Shown here: piece by piece, positions 29,101 through 42,200 of the stretch
Position numbering within the stretch: the first letter of the stretch is position 1
Layout: every line of letters begins with the position of its first letter
Source: Octopus bimaculoides
Lineage: Eukaryota
Reading direction: 5' to 3'
Length of the DNA: 64,000 nt
Assembly: GCF_001194135.2 (NCBI RefSeq)
Contig: NC_068993.1
Span: 44,769,531-44,833,530, forward strand
Position numbers and translations under genes: made by a program
The notes under the pieces: model-generated
Seen by the model: only the letters and a program-made list of their open reading frames with translations
Databases searched by the model: none
Told to the model about the DNA's origin: nothing

Positions 29101-32100
29101 TAAGAAAAGCATCCAGCTGATGAAAACCTGCCTCAATAAATTGTCTCAACCATGGAAGCATAAGAAAGAGGACACTAATATAGTGATGAAGATGATGATT
29201 ATGGTAAAAGAAGCATTTATGAAATAAATGTAGAACAGCTATGAATGATAACTAAATGGGATATCTAGGGTACACTGTACAAAGGCAAAACTATTTTGAG
29301 TTAAAGAAGTACTCTACTTAACCTCTCTACAAAGGTTAGCTAATAGTTGAGATACATAAGCTGTAATGCTTGAGGAATCTTGGGGACTTAGTAAAATTTG
29401 TCAGTTCTATTAAGCAAAAGTGGTAGCTTCTATGAAGTCACTTAAGACAGTAGGATGTGATATGAGAGAAATCTAACTACTACTTCTAGCTTATCTAAAC
29501 AGACTGATGCAACATAACAAATACTATTTCACCAATGAATTTGGTGATCAACAACCTCTGCAAGATATTGCTGCACTAAATAGCGTGTGTTGCAGAGAGA
29601 GGAGGAGTGATACTCAGGAACATCATCATTGTTGGTTTTAATGTCCACTTTTCCATGTTTGCATAGATCAGATAGAATTTGTTGGAGCAGGTTTTTTTTT
29701 TAATTTTATAACTGGATGCGTTTCTTGTCACCATCCCTCACTTGTTTCCAAGCAAGGTAATATTTCTCCATTGAAAATAAATAAGCAACTTTGCTTGTAT
29801 GATTGATATTTATTTATAATCACATGATATGAAAACAAGGATACATACAAACATATACGACAAACATCCTTCAGTTTCCAACTACCAGATGCACTCACAA
29901 GGCTTTGGTCAGCCAGTAGAAGATACTTGCCCAAAGTGTCGCACAGTGTGACTAAACCCAAGACCACATGGTTAAGAAGTAAGCATCTCAACAAAGTCAT
30001 ACCTGCAATAAATAAAGTTCCTCTAGTCTCCAATTCAGATTCCTTCCATTGGTTGGAGAGCTGTCGACAGAGCAATTAATGTACCAAGATTTTCGCTCTA
30101 AACACAATCATCACTTCTCACAGATGCCTTTTTCGCTAACAAAACTGTCTAATATTTTCCTCTTAAAAATAAGGCTCTACATTGGTAAACTTCTGTGTGT
30201 AAGTGGTTCTCAACCTTTTGTAAGTCACTTGTTTTACAGAATGGCATTTTACAAACACTCCACATATTACAAAAGAACACCTTATCAAAAAATAAAAACT
30301 CCATCAGGAACTCATTTTGCAAAGTGATTTATAAATCCTATATTCTTATATTCTCCTGCCCAGTTCCAGTATGTACTTGATATTTGTGTGGAATAGTGCC
30401 CTGTACATTGCAATTTTATGGAAATTACTGAAGGAAAAGATTTATGCAATGAAATCATAACGGACTTTGGGTGCATCACCAGTCATATTTCTGCTCACTG
30501 ATAACATGGTGTCAATCTGTATACTAATGCTGGCAAAGACTACTTTTGAAAATGTATTCAAGATATAAGTATTGCAACTGGCTTAAATATTTTACGTCAA
30601 AGAAAAATCTTGACCTCTCTAAAGCCCAGAGCCCATCACCCGTACATAACAACCACCTCCTTGTGATTTCACAATGCCCCTGGCCAAGGAACTAATATTG
30701 TCCAGATTAAGAACCATTGTGCAAGATACAGTTAACATCTAATAAAGATTAGTTTCTTTTGATAGGTATGTAAGGCAAATTGAACCACAGCTATACAACA
30801 ACAGGAGATGATAGTCAATACATATAAAGATATACTTACGCTTGTTTACCATTAGGTCCAGTTCCATCTGTACAATAGAAATGTAGGAATGACAATGAAG
30901 ACAATAAAATATGTTGACAGCAAATTTCATAAAGTGTTAAAATATCAAATAGGACAAGCAATAGAGTAGTTCTTAAAATAAATTGTGGCTAAAATCAAAT
31001 CCTCATATTTATCTATTGAATGACTTTTAAAAACTTAAACAGGCCCAATGTCTGCTTGGTATGGTTTCTATGGCTGGATGTCTGTAGTGAGACAGAAAAG
31101 AGCTATTTTGTTGTGGTGGCATAGCGAAGTTGTGCTATGGCCACTTCATCCAATCAGAGCTGGCTGTGGAAGGATACATGTGGCAACTTCTGCTCAACAG
31201 TATCTGTGCCTTTTGCAAATAGCTAAACGAGTTGCGGATTTGACAGCGAGGAAGCAACATCGCTTTCATCAAAATGGCACATCTATGTTCAACACCAGCT
31301 TAGAGAGTTGCAGCATTGATGGCCTTAGAACAACATCACCCCTTCTGATATGCAACTATGACAGTGTACACTACCAATGCTGTGCAACTCATTTCACTTA
31401 TATCTGTTTACACTCTGTGGCATTGAAGCCACCCAAAAGAAATACATCGTAGGTCATGTGAATTTCTTCAGGTCTTGTTACACTAATTGTTTAACATTCA
31501 CACATCAATACAAGTTAAATAAATATTATATAGATTTTTCCTTTCCTGAAGTCATCATCATCATCGTTTAACATCTGCTTTCCATGCTAGCATGGGTTGG
31601 ACGATTTGACTGAAGACTGGTGAAACCGGATGGCAACACCAGGCTCCAATCTAATTTGGCAGAGTTTCTACAGCTGGATGCCCTTCCTAACGCCAACCAC
31701 TCAGAGAGTGTAGTGGGTGCTTTTACGTGTCACCCGCACGAAGGCCAGTCAGGCGGTACTGGCAACGGCCACGCTCGAAATGGTGTCTTTTAGTGTGTAT
31801 ACATTTTTCTGGCAGACTGTATGTGTGTGCTATGATCATCATCATCAGCAGCATCATTTTAACNNNNNNNNNNNNNNNNNNNNNNNNNNNNNNNNNNNNN
31901 NNNNNNNNNNNNNNNNNNNNNNNNNNNNNNNNNNNNNNNNNNNNNNNNNNNNNNNNNNNNNNNNNNNNNNNNNNNNNNNNNNNNNNNNNNNNNNNNNNNN
32001 NNNNNNNNNNNNNNNNNNNNNNNNNNNNNNNNNNNNNNNNNNNNNNNNNNNNNNNNNNNNNNNNNNNNNNNNNNNNNNNNNNNNNNNNNNNNNNNNNNNN

Positions 32101-34023
32101 NNNNNNNNNNNNNNNNNNAAAATCCACTCACAAGGCTTTGGTCAGCCAAGGGCTATAATAGAAGACACTTGCCAAGAGTGTCACACAGTGGGACTGAAAC
32201 CAAAACATGGTTGGGAAGCTGACTTAACACCTGTGTGGAAATAAGTGTGTAAGAAAAAAAAAAAAGCAATCAACTCAAAACTAAGTTTGATTTAGATTTG
32301 TTACTAAAAGTTTCATAGATGCTGTTTGCACTGTGAAACTTTTATAAGAAACTAGGTAAATATAACATTGTCACACAAAGATATTTGGTCCCTTATATAT
32401 ACGGGTACATTATACTGGTTAATGCTCACCCCTAATGACAAAAAGATAAAACAGACAACTTACCTGAAGCTGCAATGGACACTTTTGGATCAACACCGCC
32501 CAAGCCTTTTGAAGCTATTTGAGAACTAGGAATGCTGCCTGTAATAGATGTTGTGCTTGTTGTGGTTGAAAACAAGCCAAAACCTGAAGTTCCAAGACCG
32601 AAGCCACTGCTGCCTCCAAGTGTTGAAGATTGCACACCTAAGATTGGCATAAAAAAAAAAAAAGAAAAAATAATAATAAATAAAACCAAAAATTTAACAG
32701 AAACAATAGATTTTTCTGATACAAACATTGTTCATGCAAACTTAAATTATCCTATTTTCTCATCCACAGCCATAAATAACTAAAATGTTATTTTCCCTCT
32801 TTCCAGCAGGAATATCTCCTCTACAGCATGACACCAGTTCCTCCTGGTATAAAGACACCTTCCTCAATACTGCACCTCATTTTCAGCTGAAGGGTCTTAT
32901 CTTGCAAGTTATTAAGCGGTGACCTCACTAGTGCCACTGCTGTGTAAAAGGCACCAATTACATTCTCTAAAGTGGTTGGTATTAGGAAGGGGCATCCAGA
33001 TGTAGGAAACACGCTAAAGAAGACAGCGCTCAGCTTGTCAGATCCTGTTGAACCATTCAATTCACACCAGCATGGGAGTAGGATGATGGTGATGATAAAT
33101 CACAATCAACTGACTTAAAGGGTCAATGTAATGTAGGAATGCCTTTGAGCCTAAAAACATTCAACCCTTTAGCATTCAGATTAAAAAATCAAATGTAGTA
33201 CTTATTTATTCACATTGTTTTACTTTTAGAATGACATTGTAAGGTAGGTGTGAGAGGCCAGATCTGGTCAGTTTAAACATAAAAAGGTAAAATACTTGGG
33301 CTGGATATGGCTAGTTTGTATGCTAAAGAGATAAAACAGTATCTATATATTTTTTAATTACTGAAATCAATTTGCCAGACATACTTGGTCTGGTGAATCC
33401 CTCGTAATTTGATCACCTACTGTTTTTAATCAGTTACTGCTAATCCACAAGGTATTGATCAGCCCAAGTCTATATTAGAAGATGCCTTGCAGTGAAACTG
33501 ATCCCAAAACCATGTGGTTGCAAAGTGAGCTTCATAGCTACACAGTCATGCCTACACTTTTCCACAACAATTCAAACTAAAGACTAGCCATATTACCTGC
33601 CCCAGCTGATAATTGTATCCCCATCCTAGGATGATGTAAAATGAGCATGGGCATTTCCATGCTCATTCCCTTTCAAATGCGTGCATGCACACACACAAAC
33701 ACAAATGCATACATACCAAAACCAGCACTGGTAGTTGCAGGACCACTCAAACCAGAGAAAGAAAAACCAGTTGCAGGCGCGGTGCTTGTTAGACCTGCAA
33801 ATTAAAATAAAACAATTATTAAACTTAATAATTACAAGTGTGTATGAGAGAGAGAGAGACAGACAGACAGACAGAAGAGGAGGAAACATTGTTATGCTTT
33901 AATATTTTTTTCTAAATTCATTAAGTGTGCAGTGATTCCAATGAAAAACTGAAATAGTATTTATTGATAACAGATCCAATTAAGTAAGAACTCAATATAG
34001 CATCACAATGGCAGCCACATCAA

Positions 34024-34106
<83 letters not shown>

Positions 34107-37100
34107 ATATGAAACTTAACAGGGAATCAATCAATATTTTAAATATTTACAGAAGTCACCTAAGTGAGGGAACCTCCACATGGTCATTCACCCTGCTAGA
34201 AATGAAAGCCAAATTTCTTTCAAATCAAACTCCAATGTTTTAAACCAGGAACAACACACTGAATAATGTAGTTCAAGGTACAACAAAAAGACAGGATGGT
34301 TGATTACAGCTAGAACGGTTTTGACAATAGGTATGTTCAATCCAGGTTGACTGGGGTTAAACAATCAGAATTAAATGCCAGTTCAAGCCACCGTCTTGTA
34401 AAATCAATCTGACTGAGAAAGGAAACTAAAGTAGTAAAGGCCTTGCTAGCTGGAGGCTTACCTATTTTACCATTCAGATTACTTTGGTCAAGTGTAATGC
34501 TTACTTATTCACATTGTTTTGAATTAATCATGCGTTATCTCATAGATTAAAGATTTTTGATGGCCGTTGCCAGTACCGCCTGACTGGCTCCCGTAGGATT
34601 TTCGAGTGAGATCGTTGCCAGTGCCCCTGGACTGGCTTGTGCGGGTGGCACATAAAAGACACCATTTCGAGCGTGGCCGTTTTCGTGCGGGTGACACGTA
34701 AAAGCATCCACTACACTCTCTGAGTGGTTGGCGTTAGGAAGGGCATCCAGCTATAGAAACTCTGCCAAATTAGATTGGAGCCTGGTGTTGCCATCCGGTT
34801 TCACCAGTCCTCAGTTAAATCGTCCAACCCATGCTAGCATGGAAAGCGGACGTTAAACGATGATGATGATGATGATTTATTTTTCAGAATGACATTGAAG
34901 GGTAGGTGTAAAAGACCGGATCTGGACATTTTTAACATAAAACAGGTGGAATATTTGGGCCTGGCATGGCTGGTTTAAATGCCAAAGGGGTAGGAGCTGT
35001 TCAATAATAGAAACATACAAACACAAAGGAGTTGATTTGAGCAGCATTCACCTGTATATTTTGAAGAAGAAAAAAAAGAAAAAAGAAAGACGATGCTCCT
35101 AAAGACAAATATGACTCCTCAGTCAATATTAGAATTCCCTTTCTGACATAGGTGGGTTGGATAGAACTGCAAATTTCATAGTATTTTATGTAAATCATTT
35201 CAATGTTTAATAATTTCCAATTCTGGTATGGCTTAGTCAAGTCACTTAAGCAGTATCTGAATACCTCATTAACCACATTTTTGAGGGGGCTGGATGTTCT
35301 TGTGCTAGACAATATAAGTCTTCCCATACAGCTACTTCCATCTGGCATGCACAAATCAGCCGTCATGACTGAAACAAGCTGTATTGGTTTTTGAAATATA
35401 TTTTATGGATGCAGGTGTGGCTTGTGTGGTAGAGAAGCTTGCTTCCCAACCATGTGGTCTTGAGTTCAGTCACAATCAGTGGCACCTTGGGCAATGTCTT
35501 CGACTATAGCTCCAGGCTGAGGGTGGATATGGTAGACAGAAACTGAAAGCAGTCTGTTATGTCTTCCACACTGAATTAGCTAGGAGAATTCATTGAAATA
35601 AACCTTATTCTAGTCTATTGTGAACTTATTCACTCTAGAAAGAGTGAAATCAGTAATGCCCAATTGTAAATTTTTTAAATTCATACTGTTAGAAATTCAT
35701 CATAATTTTACTGGCTAAATGCATGTTTATATGTATTATATATAAATTACATGGAGATCATAATGGATGGAAACCCCTGTAATGGTTGCTGCGATTTTTG
35801 ATGCAAGGATTTCCCCGTCATTGCCTATTTCCAATCCACATCTGCAGCTGGGTATGAACTCATTACTACAAGATAGCAAAAACACTGATAACTACTGCTG
35901 CTGATAAATGAATTGCTACATTAGTTCCAATACAAAACACTGGAATTTTTACAGCCCTGGTTGCTGAATGAATTATACTATCCTCTAAGTTAGTTGTTGC
36001 ATATTGCCAGGTAGGCCTGTAAGAATAGATTTGTGACTAAAGGTTTTCCAACCATGACCACCCTGTTCAACTGTTTCTTCACTATCTTGGAGGTCTACCC
36101 TAACATTTTATCACTTTCTGCCCCCATGTCTTTTAAAATGTGAGAAGTCCTGTCGCTGCTCTACAGCAAGAATCCTTATTCAGCTCTGACCCTTTCTCTC
36201 ATATTTTACCCCTTTATCCCTTATACTCCAAGCATAAAGTTCCTCCCTTCCCACTCAGGGTTTGTAACCTTGCAAACTGCAAGGTGACCTCACTGGTGCC
36301 ATGAAAAAATTTACCAAATACACACTACAAAATGGTTGGCATTAAGAAGCTGTAGAAACCATACTAAACAGACACTGAAATATTGGGTTATTGCAACAAA
36401 TTTTATTCAACAAAAACATCTTTAAATGACAGTCTGACCGTCTGCCAAGCAAATGGGAAGTAGTAATTGAAGTAGATGGTGAATATGCTCCAGAATAATC
36501 ATTTAAAGATGTTTTTATTGAATAAAATTTGTTGAAAAAAAGCTGCAATAATTATGCACCAACCCAATACAATGTGGTTCTTGGGTCCATCAAATCCTGT
36601 CATTGTCTAACCCATACCAGCAAGGAACAGAGATGTCAAATGATGATGATGATGGCAATTATCCATTGCCTTTTCATTTTGAAGATAGGATTATTTTGAA
36701 AGAAATTTGACTGCTATTTCTAGAAAGCCAAGCAACCACACAGAAGCCTCCTTATTGGCTCAAGGTGAATAGCTGTGGTGGTAGATCCAATGTTTTACAT
36801 GGGGGTTGGAGGGAGGGCTAGAAGGACTGAAAAGGAGGCAGACAAATTGCCATGTCTAATAAAATTAAGAAAACTTTCAGTTATCTTTAAAATACCATGA
36901 TGAAGAGAGAATTAGATAAGGAAGGGTACCATAAAATTTTACTAATATTTTCAGATGGCTCTGGTATTCATTAGTTTGAGAACTGCTGATAGAGTTGTTA
37001 CTGTACTGCTAAAGATCACAATCCTCGCTTAAAATTTCTGAGTTGTTTCCCTACCCTCACCTTTTTTTTTTTTTTTTTTTTTTTAGCTATAATTAAGTCT

Positions 37101-38457
37101 AAGATAATCACTGATTTCATTGCTAAGGGTGTGATTTAAAAATTTGAAATACATCACATTTCTCAGAAGATAATGAAGGCTATTAAACCTAATGTACACT
37201 TTCAACTTGTTATTTATGTTGTTTTGACCACACTTTATCTCAATCAAATGCATCAACATAATTTAACACCCGTTTTTAATGTTGACATGGGTTGGACACT
37301 TTGACAGAGCTCAATGAGCTGCATCAGGCTCCAATGTCTTAACCCATTACCTACCAGTGATCTCATATGAGATCACTTAAAAATTACAAATTTCGTAATT
37401 ATCTGTCAATATTTACACATATCTAACCTTTTTGCTATAACTACTAGGTATATTTCTCTGATATTCAAATGAGGTTTGCTAATTTTTCACCCAATATCTT
37501 GCTTATTTCTATTTAAAATGTTATTTTGATCATTCCAGTGTGTTTCTAAGGCTGTTTTATGCTAGAAATCAAAGTTTCATAAAAAAATTCCAGTTAATAG
37601 AATTATGGGAGGTAATGGGTTAATGTCAACCATCTTTTTTTTTTTTCATGACACTGTCTTTAGTGAGGTTGCCAAGTAACATGCAAGACAAAATAAAAAA
37701 GAGTAAAAGAAAAAANNNNNNNNNNNNNNNNNNNNNNNNNNNNNNNNNNNNNNNNNNNNNNNNNNNNNNNNNNNNNNNNNNNNNNNNNNNNNNNNNNNNN
37801 NNNNNNNNNNNNNNNNNNNNNNNNNNNNNNNNNNNNNNNNNNNNNNNNNNNNNNNNNNNNNNNNNNNNNNNNNNNNNNNNNNNNNNNNNNNNNNNNNNNN
37901 NNNNNNNNNNNNNNNNNNNNNNNNNNNNNNNNNNNNNNNNNNNNNNNNNNNNNNNNNNNNNNNNNNNNNNNNNNNNNNNNNNNNNNNNNNNNNNNNNNNN
38001 NNNNNNNNNNNNNNNNNNNNNNNNNNNNNNNNNNNNNNNNNNNNNNNNNNNNNNNNNNNNNNNNNNNNNNNNNNNNNNNNNNNNNNNNNNNNNNNNNNNN
38101 NNNNNNNNNNNNNNNNNNNNNNNNNNNNNNNNNNNNNNNNNNNNNNNNNNNNNNNNNNNNNNNNNNNNNNNNNNNNNNNNNNNNNNNNNNNNNNNNNNNN
38201 NNNNNNNNNNNNNNNNNNNNNNNNNNNNNNNNNNNNNNNNNNNNNNNNNNNNNNNNNNNNNNNNNNNNNNNNNNNNNNNNNNNNNNNNNNNNNNNNNNNN
38301 NNNNNNNNNNNNNNNNNNNNNNNNNNNNNNNNNNNNNNNNNNNNNNNNNNNNNNNNNNNNNNNNNNNNNNNNNNNNNNNNNNNNNNNNNNNNNNNNNNNN
38401 NNNNNNNNNNNNNNNNNNNNNNNNNNNNNNNNNNNNNNNNNNNNNNNNNNNNNNNNN

Positions 38458-38488
<31 letters not shown>

Positions 38489-39259
38489 GGTGCAATGTTC
38501 AGAATAATAAATGAATAAATTGTTGTCTAAATTACACAAAAATGAAAATAACACTGACATCTCATTTTAACAGATATATTTACCAAAATGACAGAAAAAT
38601 ATCTTGAAATGCTAAAGAGTAAATTTATTTAATAAAATCACCATTGGGCTCGTGCAGCATTGATTTTGGCAAGAAAAAAAAATTGGATAGTTTTTGAATG
38701 CACCTCATAAATGCATACAAATATGTATCTGTGTTTTTGTGTGCATATATAGTATGTGAAAAAAACCTGTAATGAAGTTTTAATTAAAACTTCTTATGGC
38801 TATTTTGTTAAGAACATTGCTCCCCAGTCAAACAGGTTTTGGACTCAGTTCCACTGTAGGGCACTGTGGGCAAGTGTCTTCTACCAAACATTTCTGAGTT
38901 GATTTGTTTGAGGGAAACTTTAGTCAATCTGAGGCTATGGTGAAGGACACTTGCCCCTAGAACTGCACAATGAGAAGTCCACACCTAGACTTATGCTAAT
39001 CCTAAGAACCTGTAAAGGTTACTTGAACAAGTGAAAGCAGTGAGGACTTTTACATAGAGTATTTGAGGACCTCACTTGTGCTGGTGGAATGAAAAAAAGC
39101 ACCCAATACACACTGTAAAGTGGTTGGTATTAGGAAGGACATCCGGCCATAGAAATCATGCCAAAGTAGACAATGGAGCCTGGTGAAGCTTTCTTTCTTT
39201 GCAAGCTCCTATCAAACTATCCAACCCATGCTACATGGAAGACTGATGTTTGATGATGA

Positions 39260-39293
<34 letters not shown>

Positions 39294-42200
39294 CATCATC
39301 ATCATCGTTTAACGTCCGCTTTCCATGCTAGCATGGGTTGGACGATTTGACTGAGGACTGGTAAAACCGGATGGCAAAGCCAGGCTCCAATCTGATTTGG
39401 CAGAGTTTCTACAGCTGGATGCCCTTCCTAAAGCCAACCACTCAGAGAGTGTAGTGGGTGCTTTTATGTGTCACCCGCACGAAGGCCAGTCAGGCAGTAC
39501 TGGCAACGGCATATATATATATAAATTTCATTCATGTGTAACTCTGGAACTTACTCCTTTGAACTCATTCATCAGCAAGTACAGGCTATCAAATGGTCAA
39601 TTTTTTGCAGATTATATTTCCAAAAAATCCATAATATCATAGAAATAAATACAATTATCAATAAGAGTGAAGTGAGCAAATCGTTTTATAACATAAATTT
39701 ACAACTGTTTTGCTGGTATTGTAACTCAGAATATTGGTATTTTATTATGACATATGCAACAATTAAATTCAAGGTGAATCATTATCTCCAGGATTCTGAT
39801 GAGCTGACACTCTACTCACTTTGCTAATAAATTCCATCTGACCCATGCAAGCATAGAAAAGTGGATGTTAAAATGATTATGAAGATAATATATATTTACA
39901 CACACAAACTGTCAGTTAATGGTAGGGCACAGGTTTATTTCTGTTTTTGAGAATCAAAATAGGATGTGGGATGAAATAAAAAGGTTGAGAAATGCTATTT
40001 ATGTAAATGTCAGCCATAACACTAAAAAAAAAAAAACACACATTACAAACTTCCTCTTTCCACTGAAATTTGTCTTGTATGTAATGAAGATGTAACATTA
40101 ATAAAGGTTTCAAATTTTGGTACACGTTCAGCAGTTTTAGGAGAGTGGGGTTAGCCAATTATATTGACCCCAGTGCTCAACTGGTACTTATTTTATTGAC
40201 TTCGAAAGGATAAAAAGAGAAGTCTACTTTGGTAGAATTTGAACACAACGTAAGCAGGAAGAAATGTTGCTAAGCATATTGCCTGATGCATTTAAGTTCT
40301 GCCAGCTCACTGCTTTAAATTTAACAATAATAGTAATATAAACACATGCTTCTAATGATTAACAGAATTCTGCAATTCTATACATACATATTCCTTCATA
40401 GAAAATCTGTCTCAATAAACTGACACATGCAAGCATGGAAAAGTGGACAATAAGATGATGCTGAAGTTAACTACCTTTTACACATTTTTTAAAGATATTT
40501 CTTAGATAAATTTCAATGCTTGTTATAAATCATTTGTTTAACAACACTAACTACAGTTAACTATGCTTCACAATGTTTAAAGATATTTCTGGATGTAATT
40601 TCATACTAGTTCCATAATTTCCCCAAGATGGAGGTATGTTTTAATATTCCAATAGAACTAGTTTATTTCATAAACTATCTCTAGTTGCAAAGGACATAAT
40701 TAAGAAACGTTTACATTGTTGTGTAGCCCTGGGTCAGCCCTAACTGAGCAGACCTATAACGAAAGGAGTTTCAAAATGTGATTTAATGGCAATATGGCTA
40801 CATGGAGATGGCTTCTAGTGGTTCACATTCTACAACTAGTGGTATGGTCAACTGCTATAAGGACAAAAAATGTAAATGAGACAGAGAGACATAACATTAA
40901 TGGACAGGAGTTTGAAAGTTAGAGAAAGTGGATGATGCAAATTTGGTTTTGTACTAGTAAGAGTTACTACCGATACCACCAACCTAGTGAAACAACTTCA
41001 GAAGTGCTTACCATATCTGATGGCATACAAAATGTCTCCCACCCCACCAAAGAAAATCACATTGGGTCTTATATGCGAAATTGGGTGCTGACTACTATAG
41101 GCTAAATTTAATCTAGATGTTGTCTTCTACCTAGCCTGACTCCATAATAATGTTTATTTAAGAATTATTAATATCATTACATGTATTTGTAATGAACTGC
41201 TAGACTGCTTTAAATATTACATGCTTTAATACACAGTTGAAACTGGGAAGCATCTAATGTGCCTATGTATTTTTTATACCCCTAAGCACAGGTCAGTAAT
41301 TTTAAGAGGAGGAAGTTAGTCAATTCCATCAACCTCAGTGCTCAACTGTTACTTATTTTATCAACCTTAAAAAGGAGAAAAATAGGCAAAGTTAACCTCA
41401 GAACACAGAGAGCTGGATTCTGCCAAAAGTTGTTTCCAACACAAGTACAAGGACAGAGATTTGAGTGAGGGGAACAATCAATTGTTTGTAGTATTAGACT
41501 GATAGTTACTTGTAGATTTAGACTGATACTTATTTCATTGATGACTCTAGAGGGATGAAAAGCAAGTTCTCCTTATCTCTCTGATATAGAGCCCTATTAC
41601 TTTCCAACTATCTCCTTTTACTCACACTAATACTTCCATTCTTTTATATTTTATGGTCAGCTTGCTTGACTGTTTACCCCAGCTGCTGCTGATTCTGGCT
41701 ATGTTTGTCTGTCTCTTCTTCTCACTGTTATTCTCCCTATCTATCTATTGAATCCATCTCTATAATACTTTCTTTCCCCTCTCAGCAGAGTCACTGCTTT
41801 CTTTTTCTACACAGCTATAGTACGACAGAAAGAAAGAAAAAAAAAAAAGAATTATGCCAAGGTTAACTTTGGCCATTTGTCTTTCTGATGTCAGTAAAAT
41901 AAAGCAACAGTCAAGTAACGGAGCTGATTTAATCAACTAACTCCCTTCCCTCAAAATTGCTGGTCTTGTCTAAATTAGAAACATCATCACCATCATTGTA
42001 ATGTCAACTTTCCCATACTCACATGGGTTAGATGGAATTTGAGGATTTTCTATAGCCAGACACCCTTCCTGTTACCAATCCTCACTTGTTTCCAAGCAAG
42101 ATAATACTTCACCATGACTAGACATGCTTCCATGAGACTGGAAATGAAGGACATCACTTGTATGACAGTGACACATACTCATGGACTTCTTTCAGTTTCC

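Noticed and set aside
35001-35366. 121-aa minus-strand ORF in intron 3
   Set aside because: No FG character or known motif; ends in a poly-T-derived stretch; no phase-compatible splice pair.
37626-38560. ORFs of about 290-300 aa
   Set aside because: Almost entirely X residues from the 37716-38457 gap.
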